From positions 1-12,917 of the forward strand of contig JAHHIK010000163.1 in the NCBI GenBank assembly GCA_019358935.1: DNA of 12,917 nucleotides, in the 5' to 3' direction. The DNA comes from Tolypothrix carrinoi HA7290-LM1 (lineage in GTDB: Bacteria; Cyanobacteriota; Cyanobacteriia; Cyanobacteriales; Nostocaceae). The notes under the pieces are model-generated. The model did no database searches. It worked only from the letters and a program-made list of their open reading frames with translations, and was not told the origin of the DNA. Each line of letters begins with the position of its first letter. Within the stretch, counting starts at the first letter, position 1. Made by a program: the position numbers and the translations under genes. Below, one piece after another: positions 7,850-12,917 of this stretch.

Positions 7850-9772
7850 TTAGAAGGTGAAGGTGGTACGAAGTACGCCTACGGTTGTTGTGTCGTTGCG
7901 GCTGTCGCTTTCGGGATTGAATAGGACAAAGGCGCCTGGGGTGATGCTGATATTGTCAGTTAGGCGCAAGCGGTAGTATGCTTCTAAATGGTAGGGAACT
8001 GCTCTATTTGCACCGGCAGGTGTAACTTGAGCGTCTCCACCAGCGTCGGTACGGTAAAGTGGTTGACCAAAGATAAGACCGGCGTTGTTGCCTTTACTGA
8101 AAAGATCGTTGAAGTGAAGTCCTACCATCCAACTGGTGAAGGTGGTGGAAGCATCAACTCTACCGGAAGAATCTTCAACAAATAGCGCTGCACCATAGCC
8201 AGATAATGAGACTTTGGGAGAAAATCTCCAGGTGGCTGTACCACCAACGGAGTTGAGTTTGACGGGTATTCCTAGAGGAACTCCAGCTAAAGAACCAATA
8301 TCGCCGCTAACTAATCCTGTACCTAGGATGTTTATTTCGTGATAACTATTGGCATAGTTCAAACCAATATCTATCGAACTGGTTGGTCTAAATGTTAATT
8401 GTGCGGCAACAACGCTACTACCGCTAAATACGCCGGCACCCAATGGTGTGTTAGAAACTCCTGGAAGTATATCGGGAGATGAACTGGGAAGATTTGCGTT
8501 TACACTGCCATACAATGCTCTTAAATCGAGTTGCTTTGAAAGGCTGAAGATAAAGCCAGCAGCTGATGCTAAACCAGTACCTGAAGTACCCCCAGAAACG
8601 CGCACTACAGGATTTAAGCCGGCAAAGCGGGAAATTGATTCTTGTCCTTCACCATAAAAAGGAGTGATAGTAGGAAAAGCATCGGATACTTCCGCAGCAG
8701 TGCCGGCAAACAAAGTTAATTTATCGGCGACGGGAAAGATGTAAAGTAGTTTGTAAAGCTCAACACTGTTGGCGCTGACGGGTGATAAGTCTTTGACGTT
8801 TAGTCCAGGAAATTGAGGTTCAAAGCTTGTACGAGCGCTACTAGCACTGAGTAGGGGTGAAGCTAATCCCAAACTTTCTTGAATGCTACCACGACCATCT
8901 ACACCGCCTAAGAAATTGTAAGATTGCAACCCAGTAATTAGTAAGTCTTTGCCTGTAAAACTGGTGTTGAGATTCAACCGCACTCGATTTACGAGGACGA
9001 TATTCGGATCGTTTCGATTAGGAGCGCCTCCTGTGGCACCAATAGCTGATATAATTGCTTCACCATTGAGTTTAGTAGTTGTAGAAAACTGATTCGCCTC
9101 CAGTACAGCCGTGCGAGCTTCTAATGCGTCTACTCGACCTCGCAATGTCGCTAATTCAGCAGAAAATTCCTCTTGCAGTCTTTGCAAGGTGACTAAATCT
9201 TCTTTTTTTACCAAATCGGCGGTTGCGGTGGCAATTAGTTCGTTAACTCGATCCAAACAAGCATTTAAACCAGCGGCAAATTCATAACGAGTCATCGCAC
9301 GATTGCCCCGATAAGTGCCATTTGGATACCCAGCAATACAACCGTAGCGCTCTACTAAAGATTGCAATGCAGCAAAAGCCCAATCTGTAGGCTTCACATC
9401 AGACAGTTGCGATACAGATGTTACCTGTTCCTGTTCCTGTATTTCCGCTGCTGCTATTAAGCGTGATGAGTCTGAAGAAGAATTGGAATTTTTTAAGACT
9501 GTTTGCGGAAAAAAAGTAGAAGCTGCTACTGCTAAATCTGTACTTTCCTGCTTTTGATTTAATACAGCTACTGATTCGATTTTATCATTAATGGAGATAC
9601 TTGTTTCATCAAAGATATTATTGCTGGAAACTACTATGTTTTCAGAATAGTTTAAAGCCTGGGTGTCAGATGCTGTATCTTTAACATTAGGCATCGCTTG
9701 CACAGGTAAGATTCCAGCGATTAAGTATAGAAAACTTACTCCCCCAGCAGAAGCTAGCAGATTTACTTTCAT
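7850..9772 (-). CDS. Cyanobacterial outer-membrane porin (SLH + OprB-type barrel, 'iron uptake porin' family)
   Basis: 640 aa. Signal peptide ending VQA; QVTSVSQLSDVKPTDWAFAALQSLVERYGCIAGYP (SLH); coiled coil LQRLQEEFSAELATLRGRVD; FSTTTKLNGE; C-terminal HLEAYY...ISITPG...GVLRTTFTF. Confidence 0.95.
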   Translation of the reverse strand: MKVNLLASAGGVSFLYLIAGILPVQAMPNVKDTASDTQALNYSENIVVSSNNIFDETSISINDKIESVAVLNQKQESTDLAVAASTFFPQTVLKNSNSSSDSSRLIAAAEIQEQEQVTSVSQLSDVKPTDWAFAALQSLVERYGCIAGYPNGTYRGNRAMTRYEFAAGLNACLDRVNELIATATADLVKKEDLVTLQRLQEEFSAELATLRGRVDALEARTAVLEANQFSTTTKLNGEAIISAIGATGGAPNRNDPNIVLVNRVRLNLNTSFTGKDLLITGLQSYNFLGGVDGRGSIQESLGLASPLLSASSARTSFEPQFPGLNVKDLSPVSANSVELYKLLYIFPVADKLTLFAGTAAEVSDAFPTITPFYGEGQESISRFAGLNPVVRVSGGTSGTGLASAAGFIFSLSKQLDLRALYGSVNANLPSSSPDILPGVSNTPLGAGVFSGSSVVAAQLTFRPTSSIDIGLNYANSYHEINILGTGLVSGDIGSLAGVPLGIPVKLNSVGGTATWRFSPKVSLSGYGAALFVEDSSGRVDASTTFTSWMVGLHFNDLFSKGNNAGLIFGQPLYRTDAGGDAQVTPAGANRAVPYHLEAYYRLRLTDNISITPGAFVLFNPESDSRNDTTTVGVLRTTFTF

Positions 9773-9776
9773 GGCA

Positions 9777-9786
9777 ACTCCTCACA
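9777..9786 (-). promoter_or_regulatory. Porin RBS complementary to the Yfr1 sRNA conserved motif
   Basis: The mRNA reads TGTGAGGAGT-TGCC-ATG. The + strand reads ACTCCTCACA, which is 10 of the 11 nt of the Yfr1 motif ACTCCTCACAC. Confidence 0.7.
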
Positions 9787-9984
9787 AATAGAATTGAAAA
9801 GCAAAATTTAGACTCAATGCTTAATTGAGCTTCAAGGCATCCATTGAAACTGTAAATTTACACTTAAATAAGTGAATTTATTTTGATAAAAACAAACTTT
9901 ATTTAGTTAAATTTACTTACACTCTATAGTTCCCACTCAAACCATTAATTATAGTAAATACTATTTCTGCCAACAATTGACACA

Positions 9985-10013
9985 AACAATCATTGATAAT
10001 TTTTATGATTGTT
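9985..10013. promoter_or_regulatory. Fur/Zur-family box candidate upstream of the porin
   Basis: TGATAAT-T-TTTATGA (9994-10008) matches 12 of 14 positions of the 7-1-7 TGATAATNATTATCA Zur consensus. It overlaps a 9-bp inverted repeat AACAATCAT-N11-ATGATTGTT. Confidence 0.55.
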
Positions 10014-10253
10014 ATATACTCGACTCGTATTCAACCTATGGTTGGCGATGTTGGAATTATTCAATATTGAGTACGAAATTGTAAATTTTACTTTTTTCTT
10101 GCTATCGAGCGAATTAAATAGTATTTTTATAATGGGGTAGTATGAAAACTTTTGGGAAAACAAGTTCAAATGGCATTATTAAATGATAATATCAGCAAAC
10201 TCGCCCCTTGTCTTTTGTATCTCTAACTCTTCAACGCGGCGAAAGTGAATGTC

Positions 10254-11534
10254 CTACTCTTGATTTCCTACTTTTGTGTGAGTAGGCAAAATCCGATTGA
10301 GATATTGCAAAATTACCAGAGTGATGACAACACTAAAGGAAAATCCTAACCAAAAGCTATGGGTAACGATTCGCGGTTGATCTAATGCCCAACCCCCCAA
10401 GGGAGGACCGATAAAATAGCCAATAGCCCAACACAGAGAATTGATGGCGAAATAAACCCCACGTTGAGATTCGGGGGCTAAGTCGGTGACTAATGAAGAG
10501 GCTGAGGGGGTGAATGCGGTTATAGCAACGGCAAATATAGCCAATGCTAAAGCTGCCCAAATTAAATTATCGGATGTCGCAATGCCACACGCCCAGATGA
10601 AGCTGAAACCAACTGCCCATAGCAAGCAAGAAAAGGTAAACGCTACTGTGTGAGAGAAGGATTTTAAGATACGGGCAACGGGTATCTGTGAGATAATAGC
10701 GATCGCTAAATGCAGCGCGAAAAGACCACTAATAGTAGTTTCCGAAAATCCTTTTGCCGACCCAACCGAGACAAAGTTTTTAAAGTAGATGGGAATGGTG
10801 CTGTGCAGTTGGGAAAGGTAGGTGGTGAAGATGATATTCAGGACAATGTAGACCAAAAAAGGGCGATCGCTTAATGCTGCCATCCAAGACGCGATATGTT
10901 GTGTCTTCTGCGATCGCCTTATATCTGGTTGACGGGTTTCCGCGATCGCCAGATAAACAACTGCAAAAAAGACAATAAAAGAGATCGCATCAATAATAAA
11001 TAGCGATCGATAACTGCCAGTAGTCGTCACTAAAACGCCACCTAAGACAATTCCCATCCCCAAACCGAGATTATCTGCCAACCGCGTAATTGCATAAGCT
11101 TCACGGCGATTTTCAGATGGTGTCAAGTCGGCGACAACGGCTTCATTTGCGGGCCAGTATAAACCCAAACCCAAGCCTGTAATTAAGTTACCGATTACCA
11201 GAGTAGCAAAATTGTGGCTTGCAGATAATACTAAAGAACCAATTGCCGAAATTGCTGCTGAAAACAACAATGTGCGTCTGCGTCCCCACGAGGGAGAATC
11301 AACACCAATACCACCCAAAATTCTGCCTGCGACACCAGAAATCGACGCGCTACCTAAGGCTAAACCGACAGCGGTTGTAGATAAACCGACTTTGTTGACG
11401 AAAAATATCGGGGCATAAAACAGGGTAAAGCCTGTGCCCATTTCTAACAAAAGCCTACCTACTGCCAAAATCCAAACTTTGGGATGAATCGGCGGAAACC
11501 ACGATGCGAACTGGAACTTGGGCGGAAATTTCAA
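10254..11534 (-). CDS. Major facilitator superfamily transporter (substrate unknown)
   Basis: 426 aa with about 12 hydrophobic segments; motif-A-like GIGVDSPSWGRR, VADLTPSENRREA, VTDLAPESQRGVYF, GPPLGG. TTG start, exact position uncertain. Confidence 0.93.
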   Translation of the reverse strand: MKFPPKFQFASWFPPIHPKVWILAVGRLLLEMGTGFTLFYAPIFFVNKVGLSTTAVGLALGSASISGVAGRILGGIGVDSPSWGRRRTLLFSAAISAIGSLVLSASHNFATLVIGNLITGLGLGLYWPANEAVVADLTPSENRREAYAITRLADNLGLGMGIVLGGVLVTTTGSYRSLFIIDAISFIVFFAVVYLAIAETRQPDIRRSQKTQHIASWMAALSDRPFLVYIVLNIIFTTYLSQLHSTIPIYFKNFVSVGSAKGFSETTISGLFALHLAIAIISQIPVARILKSFSHTVAFTFSCLLWAVGFSFIWACGIATSDNLIWAALALAIFAVAITAFTPSASSLVTDLAPESQRGVYFAINSLCWAIGYFIGPPLGGWALDQPRIVTHSFWLGFSFSVVITLVILQYLNRILPTHTKVGNQE

Positions 11535-11645
11535 CGATCGCTCTAGCTGAAGTTTTGTTAATTATAAATTTAAAAAATAATTTTTAATTTTTAATCTGTC
11601 AAAAGGGCTAATTATCTTTTTTGTAATTCTTATCATTCATGCTGA

Positions 11646-11698
11646 TTTTCCTCACTAATTCCACAGAGTTTCCACAGTGATTTTACAGGTTTTCCACA
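11646..11698 (+). promoter_or_regulatory. Tandem array of DnaA-box-like 9-mers at 11-bp periodicity
   Basis: TTTTCCTCA (11646), AATTCCACA (11657), GTTTCCACA (11668), GATTTTACA (11679), TTTTCCACA (11690), compared with the cyanobacterial DnaA box TTTTCCACA. Confidence 0.6.
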
Positions 11699-11974
11699 AC
11701 TGCTTTACGGTTTCATCGGCGATTGATGACGATCGCTTAATTTTTTATTGTTAGGGATACTTGACTTCAAGGACTGAGTTTGTATGAACATATGTAACAA
11801 AAAAGTGCCTCAAAGCCTGATTATTCTGTAAATGTTTAGTTGTGAGCAACTGATTTGTAACATTTCGCAGCATTGACAAACCTACCCCCTCTTGGCGCAC
11901 AATGATTCGGCTTGCTTTTGTAATCGGCAGTGCAGCTGTGTAAAATTACTCAGTTGTTGCCTTGTGAAAAAGAA

Positions 11975-12150
11975 GGGTTTAGGGGGTGGCTGAGTGGGTG
12001 TCGGGGGGGGGACGGCGTTGTCCGAGGCTTCCGAAGATAGACCAACGCAACGAGAGTGAAAGGGACGAGGCTTCTGACCCTCTGGTTGTTGGGGCAGGTC
12101 TTGCGCCCCACACCCTACACCCCACACCCCACACCCCGCCCCAACGGGGC
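11975..12150. repeat. Composite GC-rich repeat island: G-rich arm, nested small hairpins, and (CCCYACA)x4 heptamers
   Basis: G-rich stretch 11975-12011; GCGTTG...CAACGC (12015-12048); CGAGGCTTC twice (12023, 12066); GGGGC...GCCCC (12091-12109); four heptamers at 12106-12133; GCCCC-AAC-GGGGC (12138-12150). Confidence 0.65.
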
Positions 12151-12232
12151 TGGTGATTGAGTGTGTTGTTCAAAGGCTGGTAACAGCAAGCAACGTGTAC
12201 AAAATTGATTAACCTGATAGGGGAAAATAGAA

Positions 12233-12430
12233 ATGAACGCAACGGTTAGCATATTTACAGAAATTCCGGAAACGCTCCACGAATCCCTCAAAAGTTACTT
12301 AGAATCACATCCAGATTGGGATCAAAATCGAGTATTAACGGCGGCGCTGTCATTGTTTTTGCTGCAAAATGGAGATAGCGATCGCCGTGCGGCTCGCGTA
12401 TATCTGGAAACTTTATTTCACAATTGCTAA
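12233..12430 (+). CDS. Small conserved cyanobacterial protein (DUF2811-like)
   Basis: 65 aa. SIFTEIPETLHESLKSYLESHPDWDQNRVLTAALSLFLLQNG...ARVYLETLF pattern recognised as DUF2811; AGGGGA RBS upstream. Confidence 0.82.
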   Translation: MNATVSIFTEIPETLHESLKSYLESHPDWDQNRVLTAALSLFLLQNGDSDRRAARVYLETLFHNC

Positions 12431-12917
12431 GTATAAGTGCGGTGCAAGCGATCGCCAGAAACAGCTAAGATACAACACCTCTACATGCTCTTGGTGCTGT
12501 TAAGCAGGCTTTTTTAGTTAGAGTATAGTCAGATGGCGATCGCTTACCTTGGGCGCTCTTACTGCGGTTAACGCCAGCTAGAGCGATCGTAGCGACCCTA
12601 CCTCAAAAAAAGGAAAATGTTATATATAAAACTCTCAATTTTCCCTAAATTTAAAATACAGAAAATTGAAGTTATTTATACAAAGTGCGATGACATTTAG
12701 GAGTCGAAGTAAGTCAAATTTACCTGACAATTGCTCAAATTGAAACTGAATTTACAAAGGATGACAGTTAACACCTGTAAAAGCTAGACGCACCGCTTCT
12801 AAATGTGTGGACAGAACTACCACTAGCTAGATAATTTGTCCATACCTCACTCCACGGTGTAAGTGAAAGCGTTCTTTCCTAGTGCTTACGCTTCCTCGGT
12901 TTCGAGGTTGGCTAGGA

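Larger units (their letters stand above)
170..12543. repeat. Dispersed HIP1 octamers (GCGATCGC)
   Basis: Perfect copies start at 170, 2027, 2192, 4528, 7528, 7662, 10699, 10863, 10910, 10942, 12378, 12448 and 12536 (13 counted by eye, about 1 per kb), plus several one-mismatch copies. This is a cyanobacterial genome signature. Confidence 0.9.

Noticed and set aside
7670..10698. HIP1-free stretch over the porin as evidence of horizontal transfer
   Set aside because: Gaps of similar size cover native genes such as recA and hemL. At about 1 site per kb a 3-kb gap is unremarkable.
365..11418. Short antisense or alternative-frame ORFs within recA, FHA, kinase, hemL, hisIE, porin and MFS genes (e.g. 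365-565, 1289-1471, 2206-2394, 6306-6515, 7096-7479, 7988-8185, 8448-8657, 10357-10560, 11212-11418)
   Set aside because: Shadow ORFs of well-supported genes with no recognisable motifs.
11882..12242. Two minus-strand ORFs of 81 and 87 aa
   Set aside because: They run through the GC-rich repeat island, giving WGVGC and PPPTP low-complexity translations.
12886..12917. Possible 3' end of a minus-strand gene (...LANLETEEA*) or an RNA hairpin CCTCG-GTTT-CGAGG at the window edge
   Set aside because: Only about 10 codons are visible; the two readings cannot be distinguished without flanking sequence.

Overview
Chromosomal DNA from a filamentous, probably Nostocales-type cyanobacterium. I counted 13 perfect HIP1 GCGATCGC octamers by eye, and heptamer STRR tracts lie between genes. 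Gene order: 3' tail and right end of an IS200/IS605 (tnpB-type) element, LexA box, recA (+), REP-like palindromic cluster, FHA-domain protein (-), pentapeptide-repeat Ser/Thr kinase (-), SmtA metallothionein with an SmtB-type operator (+), G-rich/C-rich repeat tract, hemL (-), chaB (+), hisIE (+), SLH/OprB-type porin (-), MFS transporter (-), DUF2811-like small protein (+). The proteins are mostly ordinary core genes and I see no clearly new multi-gene system. The notable signals are non-coding: a tnpB right end/omega-RNA abutting the recA promoter, an 11-bp-phased DnaA-box-like array next to an AT-rich tract, a Yfr1-complementary RBS plus a Fur/Zur-like box at the porin, an SmtB operator with no adjacent repressor, and candidate structured RNAs. 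All family assignments come from recognising motifs, not from database searches.
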